From the NCBI RefSeq assembly GCF_004010195.1, contig NC_057719.1, positions 5,065,311-5,120,409 of the forward strand: a stretch of 55,099 bases of DNA. The letters run 5' to 3'. Each line of letters starts with the position of its first letter. Positions within the stretch are counted from its first letter, which is position 1. The notes under the pieces are model-generated. The model did not search any database and had not been told where the DNA came from. It was given only the letters and a program-made list of their open reading frames with translations. Both the position numbers and the translations under genes were made by a program. Source of the stretch: Chiloscyllium plagiosum (lineage: Eukaryota). Shown in pieces: positions 1-11,479 of the stretch.

Positions 1-136
1 CCCTCCTCTAGCTTATCTCTCCACCCTTCAGGCTCTCTGCCTTTATTCCTGATGAAGGGCTTTTGCCCGAGACGTCGATTTTACTGCTCCTCAGATGCTG
101 CCTGAACTGCTGTGCTCTTCCAGCACCACTAATCCA
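1..136 (+). mobile_element. Penelope-like element terminal region
   Basis: Reverse complement of the 37160-37315 end of the Penelope-like element; contains ctgatgaagggcttttgcccgagacgtc. Confidence 0.7.
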
Positions 137-396
137 GACAGAGACCGCAGACCCTGGTGATTTCACCCTTTTATCCTTGTTCTCTTTCTTCCAAACCAAG
201 AAACAATCACCTGAATCTTTCCTCGCCCTGCCCCATTGAGAATGGATGCTGCCTGAACTGCTGTGCTCTTCCAGCACCACTAATCCAGACAGAGACCGCA
301 GACCCTGGTGATTTCACCCTTTTATCCTTGTTCTCTTTCTTCCAAACCAAGAAACAATCACCTGAATCTTTCCTCACCCTGCCCCATTGAGAATGG
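95..396 (+). repeat. Tandem duplication, 2 x 151 bp
   Basis: 95-245 and 246-396 are identical except cgcc/cacc; explains the twin ORFs at 157 and 308. Confidence 0.95.
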
Positions 397-1149
397 TGGC
401 CTGATGATTATGTTAGTGGACTCTAATCCAGAGAGTGGGACTGATAACCGAGAGGTGGAGTTGAAATCTCAGCACAGCACCTATGTGGATTAAATTCAGC
501 CAACAACTAATTCAGGAATTGAAAACTAGTGTGAGTAATGTAGGCCAGATACTGCTAGGTTGTTTTAAAAACTCATCTGGTTCACTAATGTCCTGTTTAG
601 TGAGTAATCTTATCTGGTCTGGAAGACAAGTGACTCCAGACCCACAGCAATGTGGAAACCTATTAAGTGCTCTCTGAAAAGGTGCAGTGACACACTCAGT
701 TCAAAGGAAATTAGGGATGGCCGAAGGAGCTCATGGCCAGTGAATTGATTCTGTTAAAGAAGCGCACAATGTTCCCCTTCCAAGTTGTAATTTGACGGTG
801 AACTGAAGACTTTGAGACATCCTGCTGGGAAAGCAGTGGATTGTGGTCATTCATAGGGATCACTCATGACTCGACGGTGAGGAATGGGGCCTGCTGGGAT
901 TGGGGTTTGTGTCTGCAGTCAGGCACGTTCCTAGAGATGTCATCACATGACTCATTCGTCCAGTACCTCCCCACTATCCTCGCACTCTTGCCCTTCATGA
1001 TGCCCATCGTTATGGTGACCTGCTTTTCCACAACGAATTTGGTACCAAGTGATCGCTACCCCTTTGCCAGTTGGATGGATGGTCAAGGAATCTTTTATTT
1101 GGCACCTCCAAGAGAAACGTAGCAAGCAGGAACAGGGAAGGTGTTGATT

Positions 1150-1465
1150 TAGTGGTATTACCGCTGGACTGTTAATCCAGAGATCTCAGTAATGTTCTGG
1201 GGACCCAGATTTTAATCCTGCCAGGGCAGGTGATAGAATTTGAATTCAATAAAGATCTGGAATTAAGAATCTAATAATTTCAGGGAAAAAACCCATCTGA
1301 TTCATGAATGTCCTTTAGTGAGGGACACTTATCCTTACCTGGTCTGGCCTTCACATGACTCCAGACCCACAGCAATGCGGTTGACTCTTAACTGCCCTCT
1401 GGGCCATTAGGCCAGCATTTATTACCCAACCCAGTCAGTGGTGCCCTCATCCCACAAATTTTTAA
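1150..1465 (+). mobile_element. tRNA-head SINE family sharing its 3' tail with the second LINE family; further copies ~405-740 (+), 7870-8210 (-), 32980-33430, 35340-35680 (-), 38250-38590 (+), 43725-44000 (+)
   Basis: Recurrent motifs ctggact.ttaatccagaga, aaaacccatctggttcactaatgtcctttag and gactccagacccacagcaatgtggttgactcttaactgccctc. Confidence 0.6.
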
Positions 1466-2062
1466 AAACCGTAGGCCATTCAGCCCTTCGAGCCTGCTCC
1501 ACCATTCAATATGGTCGTGGCTCATCATCCAACACCATAGTGTGTTCCCAATTTCACCCCGTACTCTCTCTTTTTAACAATATTTTCCTAACAAATAACA
1601 CCATGATGTTCAAAACAAAGTGTCCATTTGAGAAACAATTCTCCTTTTGCTGATTTTGAGTTTTCTCTTCTTTCTCAGCACCATCCTGGAGATTTACCTC
1701 CAGTTGCAGGAAATTCCAGGGATATCCTGAAGGGTTGGTAACCCTAAGAGAGTCTGTCCATCCCCATGCCTTTTGGCTTCTTTCATTCCCTGTTTACATC
1801 TTCAAGGCTCCTAACTCCAATGTGTTTGATTTTAGTTGCTAGGTGCCGCTGTCCCCTTGTGGTATTTGTAAGCCGTGGGGGCTGTAGTAAGTTGACTTGC
1901 ACCCCCCCCTTGCAGTTGCAGTGAGGTCTGTCCTTCTGAGTCTGGTTCAGCTGCTGATGTTGTGCTTCGAGGTTCTCTGTCGCTCTTACCTCCTCGCGGC
2001 ATCGGGCTGTGCGTTTTTGTTGTGATGGTAAACACGCCTGGCTGCTCTGCTTTCTCTTCCAG

Positions 2063-2260
2063 TTGCTAATGACGGTCAAAGGCAGAGAGAGCTGTCGGGG
2101 AGTTCCGGCCACTCCGAGAGCCCGAGTCCGGAGAGCATCAGCGCAATGTCCCGTCGCCGCAGTAACCTGGGGTCCATGGCGTATTCCACATCTACCATCC
2201 ACCTTCCCACCTCAAACCTCAACCCTACCTACAGCAACAAGCGGCAAGCCCGAACCAAAG
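2063..2260 (+). CDS. ccdc88c: CCDC88C/Daple-like internal coding exon (198 nt, phase 1-1)
   Basis: Polypyrimidine tract + CAG acceptor (ctttctcttccag), donor AAAG|GTAGGC. Open frame xANDGQRQRELSGSSGHSESPSPESISAMSRRRSNLGSMAYSTSTIHLPTSNLNPTYSNKRQARTK-G; the RTK-G end and LGSMAYSTS resemble the Daple/Girdin C-terminal region as I recall it. This frame is not in the ORF track. Confidence 0.85.
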
Positions 2261-2479
2261 GTAGGCATTACATCAAATGTCCCGAAACAGACCATTAGCC
2301 CAACTACTCTCTGGACCAGGAATAGGCCATTTGGCCCCTCCAGTCTGCTCCACATTTGATAATGTCATGGCTGATTTAATGACTCCACATTGCAGCCTTC
2401 TCCAAGGGTGGCTTTGGCTCTCTTGTTACGTCTATCTCAAAGCTTTTCAATTACCATCTGCTGCTGCTTTTTTAAAGCT

Positions 2480-2760
2480 TCATTCTGGGATATCAGTGTC
2501 ACGGCTAGGCCAACATCTATTGCCTGTCCCTAGTTGCCCCTTGAGAAGGTGGGGGTGAGCTGCTGCCTTGAATTGCAGCAGTCCAAGCGCTTTAGATAGA
2601 CCCACAATGACCTGAGGGAGGGAATTCCAGGATTTTGACCCAGCGGCAGTGAAGGAACAGCGATATATTTCCAAGTCGGGATGGTAAGTAGCTTGGAGGG
2701 GAACTTGCAGGGGGTGGTGTCTCTATGCACCTGCTGCCCTTGTCCTTCTGGATGGAAGGT
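2480..2760 (-). mobile_element. LINE 3' end (second family, CR1/L2 superfamily)
   Basis: Reverse complement of the tail gcagctcacc.ccaccttctcaagggg...gggcaataaatgctggcc seen at 6370-6740, 9240-9820 and 49000-49170. Confidence 0.7.
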
Positions 2761-3319
2761 GCTGTTGAAGGATCTGTGGGCCAACCCGGTGAGCAAGGGG
2801 GTGGGAATGGGGTAGAAGCCATTCCCTCTTGAAAGCTGCTGGGTGACCAGCATCCTCCTGTTAGTCTTTGCCAGCAATGGGCCCAGCCAGGGCCTCAAAA
2901 TCCACCAGAGACCCTGGCCCACAGGAGAATGGGGAATGGGAGGAGGGGCGAGGGGGGAATGGTCAGAGTTTGGGAGCTCCCAGCAGATGCTCCCCACTCC
3001 CACTGTGCCACCCACTTCCTGGCGCCATGTCCCTCAATCAGGCTCTGACCTGAGTTCGACCTCCTGCTTCATTCTATCTCTGGCCCCAGGTTGGAGCTTC
3101 CCCATTGGAGCTCCTCAAGTCGGCTTTCCCACATTAACCCCTTCCTGCACCGACCCCATCAGGTTAACCAGCCTCTCCAGCCAGGCCACCACCACCACCA
3201 GCTGCAGACAAGAAACTCTTGGTTTTATATTCCTCGAAAGCCCTTAACATTTACTCCAGAGAACTGACATGGCCTCTCTCGGTGCTGTACTGACTCCATA
3301 GATTCCTTCTGGTTTACAT

Positions 3320-3690
3320 GCAACAGAAACATAGGAAATGGGTGCACAAGTAGGCCATTCAGCCCCTCGAGCCTGTTCCGCCACCCAACCTGCCCACGGC
3401 TGACCATCCAAGTCAGCACTCTGCTCTCACTCTCTCCCCATATCCCCACAATCCCTCCAGCCTCAAGAACCACGTCCCATTGCTTCTTGAAAACACTCAG
3501 TGCCCTAGCCTGAGCCACCCTGTGTGGTAGAGAATTCCACAGGCTCCCCACTCCCTGGGTGAAGAGATCTCTCCTCCTCTTGGCCATAAATGGTCTACCC
3601 CATATCCTCAGACTGTAGCTCCTGGTTCTAGACTCCCGGGTCATCAGCAACAATGTTCCTGTGTTCACCCTGTCTAGTCCTGTTAGAATA
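3320..3690 (-). mobile_element. CR1 LINE 3' fragment
   Basis: ORF2 C-terminal-like peptide FTQGVGSLWNSLP and CR1 tail (ggctgaatggcctac...tttcctatgttt). Confidence 0.8.
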
Positions 3691-4965
3691 CTGTGTGCTG
3701 ACCAGTTCTCTGTCCAGGTCAGTACACTAACCCCTCAGTGCCTTGCACTTTAATTTCACAGGTTAATATCCTGTGTCAGACCTGATCAAAAACCTGAAAG
3801 TCCAACTAAACACCACCCAGTGGACATCCCCCTTATCAGTTCAACTAGTCACATTCTCAAACAAACCTCTAGAAATAAATCCTAAAGCTGGTTAGCATTT
3901 TTTAAACTTTTTTCTGACCAGCAAAGTCTTTTACAATGGTATTTACCTCTGTCTCTAACCTCTTGCCTATTTTCCCTCATTCAAGTTTTGCAAGTTTAAG
4001 GGTGTAGTCACTGAATTCAGTTTTCTGAGTGTATCACCTCACCCTAATCAACATCAAAGTTTCTTTCTCATTAAACTGACAGTTTGAAAAGTTTCCAATG
4101 CTGTCTTATACTAGGTGGCATTCCTGCTCAGTATTTGTTAAAGATGCGTTCCAGGTGTAACGTGTACAAACTACGTTTCATGATGTGTCATTAAATGAAG
4201 AGCTGACAAATGGTAGTGTTTCAACCTCTGAGGTCAGCAGGTCCTGGTTCAAATCCCACCTTAGGCCATGAAGTTGTGCCATTAACATGTTCAGACTGAT
4301 TTATAAAAAAATTGAGAGAACTGCACTGAAGCTGGGAGTAGTTGAGTCTGGCGTCATATGCTTGTAATATTTCACTCTGTAAATAGATGTTAAACCAAAT
4401 AATGATTTGTTCCAGCTCTGTTCTTCATCAATCAGCTTTTTTTTAAGGGACCAAGTTTAAGTCAGAATTAACCCAAAGTTTTTTGTTCACAATTGACACC
4501 TATTTGGCAGCAAATAAGGGAAAGACTAGATGATGTTTACGACTGTAGTATTTTTAATTAAATATTACAAAGCGGAGCCTTCATTATATTTCAAAGGGGA
4601 GCTTGCTGGAAGTGATGTTCCCATGTATCTGCAGCTGTGTCCTTCCAGGTGGTAGGTTTGGAAAATTCTTCTGAGGGTGATGCTGTACTGCAATAGTCAC
4701 CTCAGTGCGAGTGCTTGTATGTAATTGTGGACACATAGTTGTCACGTGTATAGGTACAGAGAAAGCCCTTGCTCCAAATGCTGACAGGTTTCCTCCCACA
4801 GTCCAAAGATGTGCAGGATGGAGTGGATTGAGAACGGGATATTACCCACAGTGTCCAGGGATGTGCTGACGACGTGGATTGGCCATGGGAATTGCAGGGT
4901 TACAGGGAGAGGGGGATGGTGGGTCTAGGTGGGCTGCCCTTCGGAGGATTGGTATGGACTCAGTG

Positions 4966-5850
4966 AGCCAAATGGTAGTAGTTGATGGCAAAGGTTCATC
5001 TTGGAGTGCCGTCACTAGCGGTGTTCCGCAAGGATCTGTTTTGGGACCATTGCTGTTTGTCATTTTATAAATGACCTGGAGGAGGGGTTAGAAGGTTGGG
5101 TGAGCAAGTTTGCGAATGATACAAAAGTCGGAGGAGTTGTAGATAGTGAGGAAGGANNNNNNNNNNNNNNNNNNNNNNNNNNNNNNNNNNNNNNNNNNNN
5201 NNNNNNNNNNNNNNNNNNNNNNNNNNNNNNNNNNNNNNNNNNNNNNNNNNNNNNNNNNNNNNNNNNNNNNNNNNNNNNNNNNNNNNNNNNNNNNNNNNNN
5301 NNNNNNNNNNNNNNNNNNNNNNNNNNNNNNNNNNNNNNNNNNNNNNNNNNNNNNNNNNNNNNNNNNNNNNNNNNNNNNNNNNNNNNNNNNNNNNNNNNNN
5401 NNNNNNNNNNNNNNNNNNNNNNNNNNNNNNNNNNNNNNNNNNNNNNNNNNNNNNNNNNNNNNNNNNNNNNNNNNNNNNNNNNNNNNNNNNNNNNNNNNNN
5501 NNNNNNNNNNNNNNNNNNNNNNNNNNNNNNNNNNNNNNNNNNNNNNNNNNNNNNNNNNNNNNNNNNNNNNNNNNNNNNNNNNNNNNNNNNNNNNNNNNNN
5601 NNNNNNNNNNNNNNNNNGTTGGTATAGGACAGATGTTAGGGGTAGGTTCTTTACTCAGCGTGTCGTGAGTTCATGGAATGCCCTGCCAGTAGCAGTGGTG
5701 GACTCTCCCTCATTATGGGCATTTAAGCGGGCATAGGCATATGGAGGATAGTGGGCTAGTGTAGGTTAGGTGGGCTTGGATCGGCACAACATCGAGGGCC
5801 GAAGGGCCTGTACTGCGCTGTATTCTTCTATGTTCTATGATTCTGTGATT
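4966..5850 (+). mobile_element. CR1 LINE fragment spanning an assembly gap
   Basis: RT motifs SGVPQGSVLGPLLF and SKFANDTK, C-terminal FFTQRVVSSWNALP, tail ttctatgttctatgattct. Confidence 0.9.
5157..5617. other. Assembly gap (N run)
   Basis: Run of N. Confidence 1.
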
Positions 5851-7490
5851 TTGAACTCAGGTGGATTAGTGAAGGGTTTTGAGAGCTGAGAGAAGATGGT
5901 GGCAAGATAATAATAAGAGGAAACAGCCTTTGTCCTTTTATTTGAGAGAGTATTTCCTAGGATTGACTTTTCCAGAGAATGCGCACAAGTTTTAAAGCTG
6001 CACGTTTTGTTGACAGGCTGTCCTGAAGGTTCAGTCTGACTGAATTAGAATGTTCAAATTTCAGACCCAGATGCTCCATTACTAACTCCAATATTTTCAG
6101 ATGTTGGGTTGCTGCATGAAGCTGTCACTATAAACAATTGGAGTTGGTTAAATTTTCATAAACTAAACAGGTGCAGATGTTTATGTTCTGACAGATGGCT
6201 GCTGATAGTGTAAGGTGAGATCGTTGAAAATTGGCGATTAGGTGCAGGATTTTAATAGATTTTTTAAAAATTCCATCATTCATGTGATGTGGGTGCCACT
6301 GGCTAGGCCAGCATTTATTTCCTATTCTCTCTCTGCCCATGAGAAGCTGGTGGCAATAGTGAGCAAATGTTCCTAAAACATCCACTCCCTCCACTAACCA
6401 TGGTAACAGCAGTGTGTAACCTCTACAAGATGCACTGCAGAAATTTACCAAGGATCCTTTGACAGCACCTTCCAAACCTAGTTCCCTCGAGAAGGACAAG
6501 AGCAGCAGATATATGCGAACACAATCCACTCCAAGTCATTCACCATCCTGACTTGGAAATATATCTCCGTTCATTCACTGTCACTGGGTCAAAATCCCTA
6601 AGGGCGTTGTGGGTCAACCCACAGCACATGGACTGCAGCGGATCAAGAAGGCAGCTCACCCCCACCTTCTCAAGGGGACTTAGAGATGGGCAATGAATGC
6701 TGGCCCAGCCAGCGATGACTCACAGGGATGTGGGCAATGAACAAAACTCCCAAGGGGATTCTGGACTTTTGGTAGTGGTTGAAGTCTCAGTGTCCAATAG
6801 GATGACCCTCCAACCCTGCACTCCGAAAACCTTCATCAGGCTGGGTCGATCTAATTTGGAGTCAGGTCCACAGGGGAGTTTGTGGAGTACACAACCTCCT
6901 GACTCCAGAAACAAGAGAGTTGCTCCTGAATAGGCAGACCAAGGGTTCGGGTGATGAAGATTCTTTAGGCACAGACTGTATAGCTGGTCAATAAAGGAAC
7001 CACAAGCCTGACCATGGTTGCTTAATTTCTCTTCTGAACTGGTAGTTGCAGTGCTGTTAATGATTGGGACTAATTTACCCATTTCATTTATAGCTGTCCT
7101 CAACTCACTATGTTCCATTGGGAGACTTAGTGGAGTTTCAGTCATGCCCTCGTTGCAATATTCCACAGTGACTCTTTCTAAATATCTGTGCAAATAGACT
7201 ATGTTTGCTATAAAGTACTGACCTCCAACCAACTCCAATGGGAGGTGCTTTACAGATTGGTTTGCACATCTCAGCACTGACGTCCAGTGGGATTTACAGG
7301 ATTACTGCGAGTCCTGCAGTTAGCCCCAGTGTACCTCCTATTTAATAGCTGATGAAAATATCAAAACACACTTCGATTTTGCAAAGCATATAATGGTCTT
7401 ACAAGTACAACTATGTACCATTATGTGGCAAAGCAAGATCAGTGACGGATTATTTCCCTGCTATGTTTTGTTCCTTTCCTTCACTACCAG

Positions 7491-7565
7491 GTTTTAACTC
7501 CGATGATGATCTCCGGACACAGCCCCATGAAGTGGAATCAACCAACAATGGGAATGCAACTCTGG
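7491..7565 (+). CDS. ccdc88c: CCDC88C/Daple-like internal coding exon (75 nt, phase 1-1)
   Basis: Acceptor ttcctttccttcactaccag, donor CTGG|GTAGGT. Translates GFNSDDDLRTQPHEVESTNNGNATL, in frame with the previous exon (RTK-GFNSDD, cf. Daple RTKGYNSDD recalled). Confidence 0.85.
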
Positions 7566-9239
7566 GTAGGTCACGGTGAATTTCCTGCTGCCCTCGGACC
7601 TCTGCTGAGGAACCTGCTTGCACTTCTCATGGAATTCAATCCATGAAGTCTTTATCAGTGTAACTAACAAATTGTTGCTTTCCACGTGTCTTAACTAATC
7701 TTACACCGTGTGCTGGAGAGTGCTGCAAATGTTCTGCCTGTCCTTTCTTTCAGCATCTTGCAGAATCTCCGGGCACCCCACTTTGCTTCACAGTTTCTCA
7801 AGTGTTGTAATGTAGGAAATGAGACATTCACTTTGAACAGAGCAAACTCCCGCGGATCTGATCTTTTAACATTCATTCACAGGATGTGGGTGTTCCCTGG
7901 CCAGCTCAGCCTTTATCGCCCATTCCTCATTGCTCAGAGAATAGTTGAGAATCAACCACATTGCGTTGGGTCTGGAGTCACATGTAGGCCAGACCAATTG
8001 AGGATGGTACTTTCCTTCCCAAAAAGACCAGACTGGGGTCTTTTCCCTACAATCGGCAATGGTTTCATGGTCATGATTAGACTCTTAATTCCAGATTTTT
8101 ATTCAGTTAAAATCCTACCATCTGTCGTGGCAGGATTCGACCCAGGTTCCCAGAGCATTACCTGAATTTCTGGATGAATAGTTGAGCAATAATACCAGAA
8201 GGCTATTGCTCCTCTCAATTTTAATGATATCAGTAGAAGGTTAATTGTTAACCCAAGGACACTGTTTCTCCTTTGAATGTTTTGAGGTCTTTTACATCCA
8301 TTTAGACACAATCAAGAAGTTGTTTCATTTTCAATAGACTTTGTTTATTTCTATCCTAAACTCATCTCTGAGGAAGGGTCGCTTGACCTGAAATGTGAAC
8401 TCTAATTTCTCTCCACAGATGCTGCTAGACCTGCTGAGATTTTCCAGTAATTTCTATTTTTGTCTCTGATTTAAAGCATCCGCAGTTCTTTCAGTTATTT
8501 AAGTTGAAAACTGACTCTGGTTAAGTTAATTACTAGCAATGCTTACAGATTTATAAAAAGTTCAGAAACACGGGAGGAATGAAATAATAAAACAAAACAA
8601 ACTCAGAAGTAAACGTTTTCAAATTATCTAGTGGCAGACTCCTCAAGATGGTAACCGACGATGCAGTACTCCATCAGTAATGCACTAAAATGGTTCATCT
8701 GGATTATAGATTCAAACTCGTAGAGTAGGATTCTAATCCATGGCCTATTGAGTGCCTGTTTTAACGAGGGACTGGTTTAAGCTATGACAGCATTTTTCTT
8801 GGCTGAAGATAAAACCAACCCAGTTAATTTCTCTTGCAGTGTCAGGGTTTCACAGTTTGGAGAGTAGTTCCAAACTAATCTTCCTGCCAAAACGCTCAAT
8901 GTAACAGAACACTTAGTTTAAATAAGGTTTCGAAACAGCTGTAGCTTTAGCTGCTTCCCACCCCTTAAACAATCCGATGAAATCCCACTGGACACTATTG
9001 CTGAGATGTACAGACCAATTTATAAAGCAGCTCCCATTGGAGTTGGTTGGTGGTCAGTATTTTGTTGCATTGCTGCTTTTCCTTTTTATTCATTGAAATG
9101 GTTTTCTGGGACTCCAACACTACAGCTACACAACAGGAGAGTGTATTATTAGACCTGCCATCTCCTGGCACTAATTCAGCCGTTCAATCTGTGCAACAAT
9201 CGCCTCCTTGGAGGTGATCAGACTTCAAAATGCAACTCA

Positions 9240-9822
9240 ACTGGACTCACCACATAACACAGTGACTACAAGAGCAGGTCAGAGGCTAGGAATACTGCAG
9301 TGAGTAACTCACCTGACTCCCCCATCCATGTCTACCATCTACAAGACACAAATCAGGGGTGTGATGAAATTCTCCCCACTTACAGCTCTAACGACACTCA
9401 AGAAACTTGACACCATCCAGGATAAAGCAACTCACTTGACTGGTACCACATCCTCAAGCATCCGCTCCCTTCACCACCGACACTCGGTCACAGCAGTGTG
9501 TGCCATCGACAAGATGCACTGCAGAAATTCACCAAAGATCCTTAGACAGCACCTTCCAAACCCATAACCACTTTCATCCAAAGGACAAGAGCAACAGATA
9601 CACAGGAAGCATCACCACCTGCAAGTTCCCTTCCAAGCCATTCGCCATCCGTTCCTTCACTGTTCCTGGGTCAAAATCCTGGAGCTCCCTCCCTAAGGGC
9701 ATTGTGGGTCAACCTACAGCACGTGGACTGCAAGAAGGCAGCTCACCCCCACCTTAAGGGCAATTAAGGACGGGCATTAAATGCTGGGATCAGCCAGTGA
9801 CGCCCACGGCCCATGAGTGAAT
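9240..9822 (+). mobile_element. LINE 3' fragment (second family)
   Basis: Peptide LDTIQDKA...SLHHRHSV...KMHCRNSPKILRQHLPNP and the shared tail. Confidence 0.8.
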
Positions 9823-11041
9823 TTAAGACAACAGTTGGACGCTGAAACAGAAGGGTCCCACTAAAGAGCTACCCCTTGAGCTTGCTGCCACTCCCCACCC
9901 CTTCACCCTCTGTCTAACGTGTTCCCCATGAATCTCCTCTCTCCCTCCAACATTGCCTACCTGTGGCATGAGTCCCTCCACGATTATGAAACTCTGTGAC
10001 TCCAAAGGGTGTTGTTCCTGGAACAGGTACCTGTGGCACTGCAGCCAGTCTCTGGCTGACAGCTCTTCCTGCCCCTCGGGTCTTGTTTCCAGGGAATGCC
10101 TTCCCCCCCCCCCCCCCCACCCAGGTGGTCTTGCCATTGCCTGATTGTTGGAACTACAAGATGCAGGAACAGTAGGCCATTCAACCCATTGAGTTTGCTC
10201 CTCCATTTGATGAAATCGTGACTGATCCTCCTCAGCTTCACTTTCCAGAACCCTTGATTCCCTTACTAACTAAAAATCTATCTCCACCTTGAAACTACTT
10301 CATGACCCAACCTCTAAGAATTCCACAAGTTCACGACCTTCTGACAGATGAATTTCCTCCTCCTCTCTGTCTTAAATGTGTTAGCCTCCCTCTGAATTAT
10401 GCCCTCTGGTCCTAGACTCTTCCACCAACGACCTCTGCACATCAAAGTCCATGAAGAATACAAAGTGGTGTGTGGGTCTCACATGAGTCCCTAGCTACAG
10501 ATGAGACTCCATTACCTCAAAAAGGTTTCAATCTACAACACAGCCCAACAATAGTATGGTCACTTTAACTGACACCAAGCTTATGTTTAGCATCATATGA
10601 TACAGCACAGAAAGAGGCCATTCAGCCCACTGTTGGCACTATGGTGGAGTCATTCAATTAATATTACTCCCCTACTGTTTCTCCAGAATCTTGTAAATTT
10701 TGCCCCTTAACTCCTTCGCAGTTCTCTTGGAAGCTGCCTTCACTGATTTTCAGACTGTCTTCTCTGTTTTATTAATATTTGCTCATTCTCTCTCTATTAA
10801 TCACCATAATTCCCTGCTCTCCGCACTGACCCTTCAACCCCGTGACACAGTTTGTCTTTACTTACTCTTCCTAAACCATCCGTTCATGGGTTTTTGGCAT
10901 CTCTAAGAGACCCGCTGAAGATTTCCAACGCAACTAAAATTTCCAAACTGCTGCTGTTAGGATTAGAACTTGCAATTGATGAATAGACCCCCATCACAGC
11001 GTCCTGGCTATTTCATACTTAACCTTTGGTTCTCTTTGTAG

Positions 11042-11337
11042 GTGTTGCTGATCACGTGGACAACAGATTGGAAAGCCTTCAGAGCGACGACCTTTTGCCT
11101 AGTCAAGACGTCAGAGCTGGCCCCAGAGAAAACCAGCCCCTTCATTCCAGTTCGGTGCTGCTTGCCAGCAGTAAATCAGACCCCATGTTATCGCGGAGGC
11201 ACCCGGTATCCTACAGCACCCTGCAAAGGGCGAAGGATAGCTGTCCCTCTAGTCGGACCAGGGCCGCCTCACCTGGCAGTGAGATGGTGACGTTGGAGCA
11301 ATTTCTACAGGAGACCGGGCAGCTGGGGCCAAACAAT
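11042..11337 (+). CDS. ccdc88c: CCDC88C/Daple-like penultimate exon encoding the GBA (Galpha-binding and activating) motif (296 nt, phase 1-0)
   Basis: Acceptor ttctctttgtag, donor AAT|GTAAGT. Translates GVADHVDNRLESLQSDDLLPSQD...RAASPGSEMVTLEQFLQETGQLGPNN; TLxxFL is the Girdin/Daple GBA core. Confidence 0.92.
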
Positions 11338-11479
11338 GTAAGTAACTCTCCACAACTCTCGTCCGCATGCACTATCAAAGCAGTGCCCCGTGCAAGTCAA
11401 TCTCCTTTAACTTTGCTGCTGTCCCAGCCAAATTTACTGAACAACCACAAGTGGATATTGAAAGCATTCCAAAATTGGA

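Noticed and set aside
1679..1737. Possible extra exon after a strong polypyrimidine tract (ttctcttctttctcag)
   Set aside because: Weak donor (GTAACC) and no resemblance to CCDC88 peptide; cannot be supported.
2009..2359. 116 aa ORF overlapping the first exon
   Set aside because: Wrong frame; the splice-compatible frame gives the Daple-like peptide.
5100..5736. Long ORFs of 175-196 aa (and 180-329 aa at 37305-38294)
   Set aside because: Length is an artefact of N runs inside retroelements.
6720..7277. 185 aa minus-strand ORF
   Set aside because: No recognisable domain, non-ATG start, ends within a LINE tail, antisense in an intron; likely chance.
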